Shown here in pieces: positions 13,183-28,399 of a stretch of DNA of 64,000 nucleotides. The translations under genes were made by a program, and so were the position numbers. Source of the DNA: the human T2T-CHM13v2.0 reference genome, Homo sapiens. The stretch lies in the NCBI RefSeq assembly GCF_009914755.1, contig NC_060937.1, one strand, 5' to 3'. Each line of letters opens with the position of its first letter. The first letter of the stretch is position 1. The notes below the pieces were generated by a model, which was not told where the DNA came from, searched no databases, and saw only the letters and a list, made by a program, of their open reading frames with translations.

Positions 13183-15383
13183 TAACTTTGCATCTTCTAA
13201 ATTTGTATTTTTGGGGCAAGTTTAATTTTACATCTCTAGGACTCCTTCATCTGTAAAGTTGAAGAGGTGAATTTTGGTTATTTTTAAATTAAATTAATTT
13301 ATTATAATATAAATAATCTATTATAATTTAAATTAATTAATCTATTCTAGTTTATCTGACATCCTATAATTCTTTAATTCTACAGTTTCCTTTCTAGAAA
13401 ACAAAATATTCTATTAGTCATTACATACTATTTCCCTCTTGTGTAGGAGCTTGGAAAGCTGTGTTTTTGTAATCACTCAATCAGAATTTAATTTATCACC
13501 CATATCCTTTTGTGTACTGTTGCTTTCTAAAATTGGTCTCAACCTATACTTATCTCTTTTTTCTTCTCCATTTTCCAGCCAGAAAGCTCTAGGATATTAT
13601 TCCTAGAAGGTGCTTCACACTTACTCACTTCCATGTTTTTGATTACACTATTCCTTTTCTGTGTTTTTCCCATCCCACAGCCACTTTGAGCTCCTATAAC
13701 ATTTTTATAGTTATTTTGGCCTTGTATGATAGCTGTTTATGTATTGTGTTATACTGTATAGCAGACTGTAAACTTCTTGAGGGCAGGTGTTTAGTTTTCA
13801 TCATTTTACTAATCTTGTTACTGATTTCACACAATACTTTTCACATAAGCGGGGCATAATATTTATGAAAGTGAATTTATAAGATTATTAATTAGAGTTA
13901 CAGATACAGTTGGACAATTTTTCATTATTCATAGTGAAAAATTAACAGGATAATAAATTATTATAGCCATTTTGAGTTAAAGCAGTATTTTAACCATCAA
14001 AATTGACTGCAGATATTTGTATTCCATGGTCACTTATATACTGTCATTCCTGCCTACCATCTATTCATTCTTACTGACTCATCGATATATTTGTATTTTC
14101 TCTGTCACCCATTTAACTACTTGCCTTCATTTATCATTGTGGTTTAACAGTGTCATGGTCTTAAACTTTTAATAGTACCTCATTTTGTTAACATTCTTGG
14201 TTTGACTTAAATATATATTTTTCTGACTTTTATCGCCTTGGTCTTGCTCATTGGCTTATCTACTTTAATCTTCTATTGCTCTTCTGTACTGTTCTAACTA
14301 TTCACATTTCTTTTCACTTGCTTTTTTACTTTGGAGAAATTATTCTCTACTTCTTAAAGGCACTTTTTTTTGGTTGCTATTTCTGGGTAAGGTTTACTTT
14401 GATAAGTATCTTAGAATCAGTCTAGTGTTGAGAGTTGATGGTGGAATTGCTGTTCATCAAAAATGAGCTTGAGTTAGATCTCTTAGACTAGCAGTCTTGG
14501 ATCCTTTTAACTGTGGAAGAATGTCTGCAATGGTGATGGTACCATTAGCCATTTGGTTAAAGGGGTTGATACTGATTATAAAAAATGTGAGATATTAATT
14601 GGGGTTTTTACAAGTGGATTTTTGATGGTTGATTTTAGAATTGTTGAGTTTATCAAAGAGTTTCAAAATGTCCATGGGTATGGGTAGAGACGAATTTTTT
14701 TCCTTCAGATTCAGTAATCTCTTTACTCTTGAATTAATTGTCTCTGACAGATGCATGGCTGATTTGGACTGGATAAAAGAAAAAAGGGCAAATAAGACAA
14801 TGCGTAAAAAAAACTGAAAAGAGATAGGAAAAGTAAAAGATGTATTGTAAAAAGTTGCCTATCTTTGTGTTACTTGGAATTAATAGCCTTTATTGAAGGA
14901 TCCTTGAGAACCTTATGTGAAAGAAAGGGGACTTGAGAAGATAATGTGAGAAAGTCCAGAGAGAAGTTCTGCTGTACTCAGTTTAAAACAGTGTTTATTT
15001 TAGTTTTATTTTTATAACACATCTCAATCTCTTTTTAAGATCTTATGGTATTAACAGATACTTAAGTCGAGATTATATTTGTATAATAGCAAAGAGCAGC
15101 TTATACATCCCTTAAGTATATTGACATTTAAATAGCTTTTCTCAGAAAGCGTATGAATAATCCTATTGACACAATAGCTCTTTAAGGGTACAAAAGAAAA
15201 GTATGCACTGTTCATCTCTTCTATAAGACATAGTAAATAAACAGGGAATCCATATCCAAGACTCTTTCCCTAGTATTTGTAGCAGAAGCACTTTATAGTA
15301 GAAAACAAAATTGCATGTAGACTTAAGAATTTTGGTTAATTTTGATTTTAGATAATATTAAGCCATTTATTTTATTTTAACAG

Positions 15384-15468
15384 GTATCTTTCAGATGAAG
15401 GCATTGAAGCTTGCACAAGCTCTCCAGACAAAGTCAATGTAAATGACATCATCCTGATTGCTCTCAAT
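15384..15468 (+). CDS. TDRD3: TDRD3 coding exon (inferred exon 2), 85 nt, phase 2 to 0: [28 protein letters not shown]
   Basis: Acceptor ttttattttaacag|G and donor AAT|gtaggt. Manual translation matches the TDRD3 N-terminus as I recall it and joins the next exon in frame. Confidence 0.95.
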
Positions 15469-16096
15469 GTAGGTTATATTTATTAACTTGTAAACATTTG
15501 AAATCTGGAAGCTGTATTCATAAAAAAGTCTCAGAGTAAATTGGGTTATATGATAACAAATATAGAGAACATCTTTCTTATTTTGTCCATTTTAAGTTGT
15601 AGTGATGATGTTTGTTGAATTTAATAATCTCATATTAGCAAGTTATTAATATCTGTTATACAGAATCCAATGAAAAAGGAAAAAATGAAATTAACATCCC
15701 TTTTTTTCACCCACTGATCAGTCATAGACTTTTTTAACATTTACAATAGCTACGTAATAGTAGTAAAAACTGACTATTCATTAAAATGAATTGCCATTTA
15801 ATTTACATAGAAACTCTAGCTAGGTTATAGCTTTTTGACAGTGGTATTTATTGTTTCAAAATAACTTTTCATGATGATAGAAATAATACTTATTGTGGAA
15901 CATTTCAGAAAAAAACAGAAAAGCAAAATAAGAAAATTAAATCTGCTTATAATTACTATTAATGTTTTAGTGTATATTTCTTTTCAACTCTTTGTCCACC
16001 CAACCCTCTAGCTGTTTTTTTTTTCCATAATTGTATTGGCTTTTGGGTTTTTTCAAGAGTTATAAAAGTTGTTTGAAATAAAAATGTAAGTAAACA

Positions 16097-16450
<354 letters not shown>

Positions 16451-17439
16451 TTATAATAAGCTATAAACAATCAAATGTATGTACTACAATATGTGGTCAA
16501 TGAAATTCCTAAGAGAACTATAGTCTGACAAATCCATCATATCACTGCAAAATCAATGTAAAGCAGAAATGATGGGCACAAGGAACATTTAAAACATAAA
16601 TAAATGTATAAATCTAACGTTAAAAAAGTTACTTAAATTTATATTTATAGAATTAAACTTGGGTTTAAACAGATAAAATTTATGTCCTACACTGAGTCAT
16701 CTTTTTTTCAGCTTCTTTGAATTTTACTTAACAAGACAAGTAAGATCATTTTATTTTGGTTTCTGAGCTAAGTATTTAGGTTTTTAATAAATAAAAGACT
16801 AATTTTTTAATAATAAGCATTAGCTAGAAATTATGCATGTTATTTATGACTAAAAACTGTTTGTCTTGCACTGAAATTAGTTAATTCTATTGCTTAAAAA
16901 TATTATAAAGGACTCTTCTTGTTTAAGAAAAACTTTCTACAGATTCTAGGAAAGAGATTTTATGACAATTTGCTGGGGTTTTTTTTTATTTATATTCTTA
17001 GGTAAATAGCAATAAACTATAATTGGTATGAAAATTTGAATAAAATAAATCAGGATGAAGTATTTGTGCTGTGTTCGTAAGAGGTGCATGCTGACTATTA
17101 TCTGAATGAGTTAATTTGTCTTTTTTATTTTCCCTGAAATATGTGGTTAAATACTGCAGTCCAAAGCTATGATGCCATATGATAGGAAAAAAAACCATTT
17201 TGATTAGGGTGAAGCCTATACCAGACAAATCATCTATTTTTCCAAATTTATCATCTTTTAATAAAATTTAGGCATTTGTAGTATTCTGTTGAATTTTTTT
17301 CAACTTTTGAGTGATTGTGGGAAATTAACCACGAGTTGAGAAAGACGTGTATTATTGATTCTTATTGTGCATATATGTACGTACCCACACATGCATAGCT
17401 AATTATATATTGGGAGGATAATCCATGAACAAGTTTTCT

Positions 17440-17777
17440 TCTCTTCTTTCTATGGGGTAGACACTGAGCTTGTTCCTTTATCTGACAATGAACACTGCAG
17501 TAACATGTATATAGTGTTTCTCTCCAGGGAAGCCCTCTGAAGACTAATACCCAAGGCCTTTATTGGGCTGCCCGCAAAGGTACCAGAATTTCAGATCCCT
17601 CCCAGAAAACAGATGTCCACCATAAATCATATTGTTTATATGAATAATCCATGCAGTGAATTACATTTTTAGTTAGGGAGTGGTCCAAGTGCAAAGTCCC
17701 TAGCTGCCAGCCTAGGGCTAACCTTGTAAGCTGGCCTTTCTAAAGATAGCTGCCTCAGATCTGCTATGTAACTTTTA
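17440..17777 (-). mobile_element. ERVL LTR fragment, MER77/MER68-like
   Basis: gccagcctagggctaaccttgtaagctggcctttctaaagatagctgcctcagatctgctatg. Confidence 0.6.
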
Positions 17778-18067
17778 GGCTTAGCTTTTTATGTTGAAAA
17801 GGAATGTTTTTAATTTTTGCTTTTTAAATTGGGGAGTAAGAATATTAAGAAATGACATTGAAATCCAGCATGTAAGTTTTACGTTCAAATACTGGAATTA
17901 TTCAGAAAAATATTTAATGATAGACCAGTCTTAAATTACTGATCACTATCCATTAGTAAAAATTTAAAAACAAATTATATTTTTATTTCTTTTAAGATTT
18001 TGTATAATATAAAATGATTCACCAAGTAGATATTATCTTGCATTTACTTAAGTAAATAGGGATGTTA

Positions 18068-18116
18068 TGTGTGTGTGTGTGTGTGTGTATTTATGTGTGC
18101 ATATGTATGTGTGCGT
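18068..18116. repeat. (TG)n microsatellite
   Basis: Perfect then degenerate TG run. Confidence 0.9.
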
Positions 18117-20378
18117 GGGTAGGTAGATGCTTTGAAAATTATTTTTAAAGTTTTACAGGCTAAAAGTTTTCCTGTATTATTATTTTTTGTTGTTCAATAT
18201 AACAGCATTCTTGGACCCAGTCATCGTCCTAGCAATCCTGATACAATGGCATCTGAATAATAAAGTTGTCTTTATAGTGTGAATTTAGGGCATTTAAAGA
18301 TTTGGTAGATCATTTTCATCTTGCTAAAAATACATCAAAATAACATTTGTATATTTAAGGACACATACTATATATATGTATGGCACTTTAGAAATTATGT
18401 AAACTTTGAGCGTGTAGTCTTTTTTTAGCCTGACAACAACTTTGTGAGATAGGATTGGTGGTGTTTTTCCATTTTATAGAGGAGTAAATTAACTGGGTTT
18501 AGAGAATTAGTGACAGTGTCCTAGATCATATGATTCTTTAATTACCGTTGGGATGGATCAAAGTTTAGGATTTTTGTCTAGTGCTCATTTACTTTACAGT
18601 GATGGCTCATTTTCACTTGAATTAAATTTCATAATTATTGATGAAAACCAGAAATGAGGGACCATGATATATTATAAAATTTGTATGTATTCTGTTTCTC
18701 ATTCATATTTAAATATTTCAGCTTTTGGGTGACTTCAAAATAATGTAAATGTTTTCATGAACTGTTAGTTACATTATTGATATGATGGTTATGTATGTTC
18801 AGATGATTAAAAAAAGTACATGTTTTATACTCACTAAAATAAACAGAATGGCTAACATTTATTGAGTGCTTACTCTGTGCAAGTCATTATACTGAGTGCT
18901 TCACATCTATTAATGTTTAATTATAAAACCGTCTTAATATAGGGAAGGCTGGTGTAAGAAAGTATTTTTTTACACTTATGTTATTCAGTACTTTCCAAGT
19001 GAAAAGGCGTACAACGTGAGGTACGGTTTATATTTCTTTTAATTCTGTCATTGGATTGAGGTTGTAAAAAGCATAAGTCTAAAGCATTGTTACACATGAG
19101 TCTGGATTTGGCTCTTAATTTGCCATGCAGTTCTATTTAGTGAGTTTTACTTTGAGTGATCCCTGCATTACATTAAGGAATAAATTATGAATCACAGTAG
19201 TAAAAAACTGGAAAGAATCTGTAGGGATTATACAACTTATATTCTCATTTCTTAAGCTGACTACATGTGGATATTTCAAATAGGAGGATGTTTTATTATG
19301 GTAGGTGTTAAAAGAAGATGGTCCTGCCCCTCTGTATGTATTCATTTCACATCACAGTAATTTTAATCATCTAGTGTTTTCTCCTTAAGTCTAACAAAAA
19401 TTTTTCCCTTATAATTTATGTGGTTAAATGCACTTTAAGTCTGTTTTCTTTTAACTTGTTCTTAAGGTGATGAAGAGCTACTGTTTACTATATTATAAGG
19501 AAAAATAAAACAACACAACTTCAGTTATTATGCTAATCTCACTATCTCAACCATCAGGATAATTTATTAGTTTAAATAATTGGATCTTTTTTATGAGTAC
19601 TGACAGTTTTCCTGTGAACAAATCTCTTACCATTCCTTTATATTTTCACTTTCTAAAGAGGACACAGTCGTAAAATATTCTGCTTTTTATGTAGATTGTG
19701 TAGTCAGAATTTCCTTTTCTTATGTCATGAATGCTATAGCCTTGTTTTTGTTAGTCCTTATATTTTCCTTGTTGAGTTACAGGTACTTCTGCATTTTCAT
19801 AGTTATTTGTTTACCACCTTCTATTTCTGTAACTTGTTTAAGCAAATGAAATTACTATAGTAAAGGTTACTATAACTTCTTTGGTATTCCAGTGGTATTG
19901 TATCCTGGGATATTGTATGTTATATAGCTTTATGTTACAGATATCATAGCCTATAGGGCGATATGTTTTTATGTAATGTCAAGGTTATATGAGATTCAGT
20001 TTTAAAAAACATACTATGTATATGTATTCAAAAGCTGTCATTTGATTTTGGAATGTGATATTTTTTAGTAAGATCACAATTTACATAAATTAAGTTTTGG
20101 ATTTTAATAGAGAAGAGTTAGTAAATAAAAAGGTTACCTAAAGAAATATGACCAGGATTAAGGCCTTATGTGTTACTGTTCATCTTACTGGTATACTTTA
20201 AACAACGTATTATGGGACACTGTTACTTGAAAGATTGATAATACATGTAGATCTCATGACCAGTTAAACTGAATTTTTGTTTCACAAACCATAAGTAATT
20301 TCATCTTTTGTTCATGAGGTTAGATTTAAATTTACTCTTTTCTATAATTCCATTTTAATAATAATATTTTTATTTTAG

Positions 20379-20444
20379 ACAGATCTGAGAACAATTGGCA
20401 AGAAATTCCTCCCCAGTGACATCAATAGTGGAAAGGTAGAAAAG
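20379..20444 (+). CDS. TDRD3: TDRD3 coding exon (inferred exon 3), 66 nt, phase 0 to 0: [22 protein letters not shown]
   Basis: Acceptor tttttattttag|ACA and donor AAG|gtaaag; open frame continuous with both neighbouring exons. Confidence 0.95.
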
Positions 20445-21213
20445 GTAAAGAAAATCAATAACTTCTTACATTAATTAATTTAGTTACAATAAATATGAAC
20501 TAAATTACTGGAATTACTTTTTGTCAATAAAGACTGCAATTGCAAAATACTCTGGAGGTGAACAGGTCACAAAGTCATTGTTATGGTGACTTCCATGGAA
20601 AATTATTAAGAATTCAACTTTTGGTGACTTTTCAACATTAAAAAAAAAAGCAACCTTTTGTTTCAGAATTTGTAACTATGGCATGCTTACATGAACGGTG
20701 AGACTTAAAACCAGATGTAATTGGCACTCATTACAATGACCTTTTCTTACCTTTCAATTTTATTTACCTTTTTATTTTAGTTACCTTAATAAACTGTTAT
20801 GTTTATTTAATGAACTTATTATATACAAATATAAGATTATGAAAGTATTAGGAGCAAGTTGGTGAAGCTGTGCATTTGTCTATTGCAATCATTTTGCAGT
20901 ACACACATATGTATTCGTGTTATGAATTTTTTTGCGTCAGCAAACTTTAATTATATTTTTACCTAAACATTTTATGCTGCAAGTTAAAGTCCATGTCTTC
21001 TTTGTCTTTCATCAGGAGAAATGGAGTACATCTGGTTACCTTCCTTTGTAAATAATTATATACGTGAAGACATAAATGTCAGTGCCACAGGTTTCTTTTT
21101 GCTAAAGCCATCTATCTTGATTCCTTTGTTTATTTTAGTCTCAAGCTTTACTTTTCATCTCTATTGTTCTTAGAATCCTCTCCAGTTTCTTTACATTTCT
21201 TTTTCTTTTGGTT

Positions 21214-21400
21214 ATAGTGGCTATCTCAGACTTCAGTGTGCACCAGAATTTCCCAGAGGTCTGGCTAGAACACAAATTGCTGGACCTCAAACAACCTCTA
21301 CTCCCATCTGAGTTTCTGATTCAGTAGGACTAGGATGGAATCCAAGAATTTGCATTTCGAACAGTTTTCCAGGAGATGTAGAGTTCTAGGAAGGATACTT
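21214..21400. mobile_element. MER5A-like hAT-Charlie MITE
   Basis: gagtttctgattcagtaggactaggatggaatccaagaatttgcattt. Confidence 0.75.
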
Positions 21401-21889
21401 AGAAAAGTAGGCAACAATCTTGACTAGGTGTGTTGAATGCAACAAATCTCTATAGGAAAAGTAAATAATATCAAAGCAGTGTCTGTACATCCTTACATTA
21501 TTTTACTTAAAATTTTGAAGCTTTCTGATTCTTGGTTTTCTGCTTTCTCTGTGTGTCCTAAAAAGATGCTGAGAACTCACCTCTGCTACAAGCTCATAGA
21601 ATAGTAGTACAGAGATTCTTGTCTGCTCCCTTCACTCTTTCAGAGTGTTTTTACTTTTAAAAGTTTTGCACAGTGGTCTCTTTAAGATTTCCTTTGAATG
21701 TAGCTAGCAAGAAGAAAAATAACTTTAAAACTTTCTGATCTAGATTATTATGTCAAATTTTATCTTTTAAAACATTCTTAATGCAAATGTAACTTTTCAC
21801 ATGAAACAAAAATTTGATATCTCTGCTTGCTCTTCCTCATTGATTATATTTTTTCCTTTCATTACATACTTCCAACACAATATTAATAA

Positions 21890-22222
<333 letters not shown>

Positions 22223-25200
22223 TTCTCACAGAATTATTCTTATATGTCATATAAGAATATATATTATTCTCACAGAATTAATAATTGTCTTCACCAGTAT
22301 TAATGAAGATGTTTTGAAAAATAATTTAAATAAACATTTTAGAAGCTGGCACACAGAAATTACTCATTTGGTTTGTCTTTAGCTAAAAATCCATATGTTA
22401 TATAAAAATGTAACTATCTTAAACCAGAGTACATATTCAAGGAATATATTTTTGATGTGAATGGAATTATTTTGGTTTCTTTGTTAGTAAAATAAGACTA
22501 ATATAGTAAAAGCTCCTTATTTATGTCTTCATTGGAATGCTTTTATTAACCAGCATTTTACCATTAATGATGACTATAAATGCATGACTCTAGAATCAGT
22601 CACTACTGATCCGTTACTTACTAACATTATGTAAGTTATAGTTCTTGTTTAAATCAACTTTGTTTGAATCTGTGCATAAGATACAGGACAACAGTTGGCA
22701 AACAGAATATTTGAATAAGTAATCTGCCTATCTCTTGACCATGCCAGATTTTGGTATAAAATGATATTTTCTAGTTTTCTTTTTATATTAGAAAAGAGTG
22801 AAAGAAAGAGCTGGGTTATCCAGTGATCTTTCAAATAGGGCGTACTAAAAACCAATGTTCCAAAAACTAACTTAGAAAACTTAAAATATACAATAGACTA
22901 TTTCAAGAAGCAGAGGAGGCATGGTTGTGGCATGTTTCTGATTGAGGGTGGAGAGGCATTAAATGATACGGACCAGGAACAGATTAGAGACATCCAGACA
23001 TAGGGTCATTGCCCTGGATTTAAATCTTCTTTCTCCTGCTTATTGGTTTTTGTGACTTTTCATAAGTCAGTTAATCTTGCCAGATTTTAATTTCCTTATC
23101 ATTTAAATACTACTCCCTTACAACATTGAAGACATAAATGAGATAATACTAAATCCAGTACAATGCATATGGCAAGCTTCGAGAATTATGAGCAATTTAG
23201 GATGGTATTTTTATCTTGAAAGTCTAAGAATATGTGAATCCTTATTATGTCAGCTAGGTATCTTGTTACTGAGAGATCTTCAAGGGGATTCAATAAATAA
23301 GGTAAGGCAAATTGGTAAATCATTATTGTCTGGGTTTTGGCCCCAAACCCCATGCAGAATTCTACTACTTGAGGTAGGTTGGTCTCTGGTAGAATGAAAG
23401 CAAGCTAAAACCCCTTCTCTGACTGTTTCTACTAAGTTCCAAGCCCATCTGATATTACCATTTCTGAGAGAGAAAGCCAAAGGAGAGTGAGGATTGGAGA
23501 GCATTTGGCCCAGTATTTAAGAAGCAAAGAGTTAAAAAGCAACATGTTGCGGGGAGGAGGGTGTCATCTTAGTAGAAACTGCCTCCATTAACGTTGTGTG
23601 GTGCCTTTGAAAGGGCCTCACCCATGTATTTTCCAACCACCTTGGAATCTCATTCACTAGGCCTGAGGCTCAGTACAATGCACTGGAGCTTCTCCAAGAC
23701 ATATCAGTAATCTTTTTTGGAAGTAGATTAAAGGAGTGTAGAGACGAGTCTTCAAACTTCATCTCCTGAAAGCCCAAAGTAAATGATCACACAGTGTGTA
23801 TTATTATTTTTATAGTTAATAAGACTTAGATAATGCTGTTTTCAGCATTTGGGAACTTGAGAGTGGGAAGGGAGAATGGAGAGCTGATAGATCTGTCATC
23901 AGGTAAGAAAGATTGTAAGTCTGCAGTTAGAAGACCAGCTAATCCTGGACATATTGAATTTACAGCTCTCATTCTAAGACGCATCAGAGGCCTTCAGAAA
24001 GGCGTCGTCCTGAAGCTTTGAAACTGAAGTCTTAATAATTGCTACTATCATTGATTATTTTGGGAGAAGACAGAATGGCAAAAAGTAGAAGTAGCTTTAT
24101 TACTAATTAATATAGTAGTTTTGCTCAGGTTCTTTTCTCTTTCTTCCATTCTCTTCTTAACATACTTTTCAATTTCTGTCTTTTCTCCACAAAGTTTCCC
24201 CAGAACCTTGATGCAAAAGTTTCAGAAAAATTTAAAAAGTGGTGAGAGTTGGACAATCACAATTTTTTCCAGGCTTCCAGATTTTCTTATAGGCACTTCA
24301 TATTTGATTCAAAAGCTGTAAAAATTGTGACTGGAAGGAAGTGTGGTAGGGAAGCCATATTATGCAACTTATTTTCTGAGTTTTTCAGGGCATGCTTTGT
24401 TTTTCTTGGATATTACAAAGTCCTAGGACTGCTGTAGCAGCTTGTAAGCTAAAAATTATGGAAAAAGTCATGATAAAAAGGAAGTATAACTGTTTAATAT
24501 TCTTCCCCAATTTTAATATTTTGCTGTAGCTTTTTAAACCTAGGCGTAAAAGTTAATTATAAAATACAGATTAGTTTCAAAATACTTTCTTATCAATTCA
24601 GCTACTCGAGGACCTTATGTACTGCTATGGAGTCCTAACTGTACAGTCTTTGAGTTCTGTGTTTATTTTTTCTAAGTTCTAAGAATGACAGGTTGTATAT
24701 ACCTTTTTAAATGTAAAACTATGAATAAGACCTAATTTTCCCAAGTAGGAGTGACTGGTCTCAAAACCTCAGCAATACTGACATCAACCACAAGATGGCT
24801 TCACTGCCTTAAAATTCAAAGTGAAGGTTCTCTTGCCCTTGGATAGTCTAGAAATCGGATGTTTTTAAAAAGAAAAGGAATTGAAAAAAGTTTTAACTTT
24901 TGATTTAATAAAATAATATGTTTCCTATATGTTAGTCTGTGTTAAGTAATACAATTTGTTTCTTTTAGTGAGCTATATATTAAAATTAAACATCTACTTG
25001 TATTAGAAAAAATGGATTACTAAAACTTTCATGCTTTATTTACAAGTCCTTATTGGTAATTACTAATAGGACTTCTGTGGAGTTTAAATAGATAACTGAA
25101 AAATAAACTATTCAACTTACCTTTTTCTGTTTTTGGTTCCAAGGAACAAAAAGTTAGAGAAGTGAAGAATAGAAATGTGGAAATTGTCAAATGATACACT

Positions 25201-26644
25201 GGGAAAAGTGTTGCTTTTGGCTGGTAGTCCCACATACTTTCCTTGTATTCATTTGCTATAATTACTTTGTGATTGAATACGAGCAACTTATGTGCCCTAC
25301 TGTTATTTTGAGGGTTAAATTGAGGCTTTTTACTTTCAGGGAATCTTACGTTTGCAAAAACCTATTCAAGATTATGTTGTCAATTTCTTAATTATAAGGA
25401 ATTTATTAAATGTTTTAAAAATTCCTAAGGGGTAGATCTTCTAGTAAATATACAACTATATTTATAATTTAGAAAGTTTTAATTTTATTATTTACTTTCC
25501 ACTTAAACTCCTTTGCTGCATATGAATATCATTTGAAAAATTTGAGATTAGGATTAGGTACTCCCTTCCCTAAAGCTATTTCTTTCAATATTCTTGATGC
25601 TTTTGTCATCTGCTTCCCTCTTGATCTTTTTTGGCACAAGCACCTACCTTACCTAGGAGAACCCTGGTTTTTAGTGAATTCTAATAATTCTTGTTCTTGT
25701 TTTTCTTCTGTCATTTGTTGAGTACCTATTCTATGCTAGGTCCCATGTTAAATAATTTATATGTATTATCTATACAATATTCAGAACAACACAGAAAATA
25801 TAAACTATTATAGCCTTCCCTTTTACTTTAGAGATAAGAGAATTGCACCTTCCCTAAGATCACAGTTTTTTGTTGCTAGAGCACCTGAGTGTCCTTCCCT
25901 CAGCTGTCAGACAAACTGCTATTTATTTTTCAGATTCCAACTGAGGTGTGACCCTTCTCTTCTAATTTTCTTGACCTCTTTTGAGCAGAATTAATTTTTA
26001 AATACGAATATTCTCATTGCCCTTTATACCTACATCTGTTTTTAGTATGTAACAAATATTATCATACTTTTAGAATATGCACTACAAAGACAGGCTTTGG
26101 CATGAGATAGATCCGAATTGGAATTCTAATTTGCCTCTTACTGACTGAGTGACCACTGGTAAAGTACTTTATCCTCTGTCCTTAATTTTCTTATTTAGTA
26201 AATACAAATAATCCTAGGGTACTTTATATTTCTGGAGGTAAATTAAAGAACTTATGTAAAGATCCTGCTATATTTTCTGGTATGTATCTAGGAAGTGCTA
26301 AGTAAATTATAGTTAAAGCACTAGAAAATATATTTTTTTAATCAGACGGTGTCTGAATGTGTATTTGTGCCAAGAGATAGGGATGTAGAGATCAAGATAG
26401 CCTCTGTCTTATTGGAGCACATAGCCTAATGAGAGATTGAGAAACCAGCCGTGTCAATGTAGTGAAACAAATGCTATGTCAAAGGTGTGTACAATAAAGG
26501 GGCAGCTGTTTCAGTTTAGTGAGGGTATTAGGTTGCTTTTCTTGCTAGACTGTTAGCTTTTAGAGATGTGATTTTCAATGAAGGAATAGTGGGTAGATGC
26601 CCCATATCGGGCGTATTTAAAATCTTAGGTTATAGCTCTACGGT

Positions 26645-26685
26645 ACATACACACATACACACACAGATCACGCATACACACACAC
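26645..26685. repeat. Imperfect (CA)n microsatellite
   Basis: Read directly from the sequence. Confidence 0.8.
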
Positions 26686-26829
26686 TATATTTAATGTTTT
26701 CTATTACACAAAAAGCTCCTTTGTAGTGGAAACTAAAGAATAAAAAATAAAGCTTGACAGATCTTGACTGGTAACAATACATGGAAGATAAGTATAGTGG
26801 ATATTTGTAATTTCTAAAACCTGAATTAT

Positions 26830-27215
26830 CTCCCTGTGGGGGAATTTCCCATTTTAAGAGTTTTGGTGGTAGAGAAGAAGAAAATGCCAGATACTTTTCT
26901 CCCAGCCTCCTTTGCAGCTATGCTAGTCAGGTGTAGCTGCCTTGGAGTTGGGCCAGTTACACACAAAAAAGCGGGACCTGTGGAGAATCCTGTCAGTAAT
27001 AGTTGAAGTTGCAGCAAGATTGTTTCTGGAGTAGTGGCTGCAGGAGTGCCAGAGTAAGTGTCCAGAGCCATTGAGATCTCTGGTACAAGAAATAGTGTTA
27101 GATGCTTGCCGTGTGCTGGATCCAGCTTGTTCCAGCTCGTGAAGTTCATTGTCGGCATCTTTTTCCAATTTAGAGTGCAATAACCTCCAGTTGACGGTTG
27201 TGGTTGGCCATGGAA
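26830..27215. mobile_element. Old ERVL LTR, LTR33-like
   Basis: tcccagcctcctttgcagcta motif; more GC-rich than the flanks. Confidence 0.5.
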
Positions 27216-27665
27216 ATTGGCACAAATTACAGATTACAGTGGCTTTTCCCCTGTCCCTCTACCAGAAGTATTTTACCAACACACCTCTGCACACATATAA
27301 CAGTTTCCCTAAGGAATATAAACAGGAATGGAACTCTACTGCATTGTGGAATTAAGCCAGTATTCAACTTTACAAGATAATGCCAAATTATCTTGCAAAG
27401 CACTTGTATCAACTATGTTACCTTCAGTATTGTATATGAGATTCAATTGAGCCATATCTTTTGTGGCACTTGATCAAAATTTTCTAATCTTGTGATTGTA
27501 AAATACATTATTCTTCCTTAGGCTATTCTCTCCCCTGCCCATACAGATTTTAGAATCAAATGATTAAGACTCTTAAAAATATCATGTTGGAGTTTTGATT
27601 GAAATTGCATTGAATCTGCGCATTAGCTTAAAAACAATTGACATCTTTATATGATATGATATTAC

Positions 27666-27864
27666 CAGTGAAATGCTGGTAAAATGCTTCTCTGAAGAGC
27701 AAAAAATAGCCCTGACACATAGCATTTGCCACTTTCTATGGTATAAATATTCCCTGTTTGGCTGATTGTAAGCTATGTTATAAAATCACTGAACCGGGAA
27801 TTAGGAAGAAATGTACATAAAAAGTTTTTGTGAGCTTGCATGAGCTGGCTCCAGCACAACCCTG
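27666..27864 (-). mobile_element. MER63-like hAT MITE nested in an old antisense L1 (about 27270-30200)
   Basis: TIRs cagtgaaatgctggtaaa...gctggctccagcacaaccctg. Confidence 0.75.
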
Positions 27865-28399
27865 GGTATATCTCTTCCTTTATTTTTCCCATAAAGTTTT
27901 ATAATTTATTGGAAGTATATGGGCTGTGCATCTTTTGTAAGCTTTATTCCTGGACCTATCTATTTTTGTTATTGTAAATGGTGTTTAAAAATTTTTTAAT
28001 TACTATTTCCTCTGTTACTGGTACATGGAAAGGCAGCTGATATTTGCATATTGATTGTAATTCTGTCACCTGCCAGTTATTCTTACATTATTATTCTTAT
28101 ATATTCTATTCTTCTTCTTATTCCAGATATAATTTTTAAAACACCATTTACAACAAGAATAATATATTCTTACATTATTCTGTATATTCTTTTGAGTTTT
28201 CTCTATAAATTTGCCTTTTCTTGGTATTTCACGTGAATGGAATCACATGATATATAGCCTGTTGTATCTGGTTTCTTTCATTTAGTGTAATATTTTTTAG
28301 GATAATCGATAACATAGCATATGTTGATAGTTTTTCCTGTTTATTGGTGATTAATATTCCATTGTATGGATATCCCACATTTTGTCCTTCCACTTACTA

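Noticed and set aside
15381-15442. CAG|GT at the exon 2 start as a recursive site, and a ttcag|ATG alternative acceptor opening a 15-codon frame
   Set aside because: GTATCT is a weak donor, and the sequence is fully explained by the TDRD3 coding frame.
26826-27412. Cluster of overlapping 60-110 aa ORFs
   Set aside because: Overlaps an old LTR/L1; no recognisable domain or splice structure.
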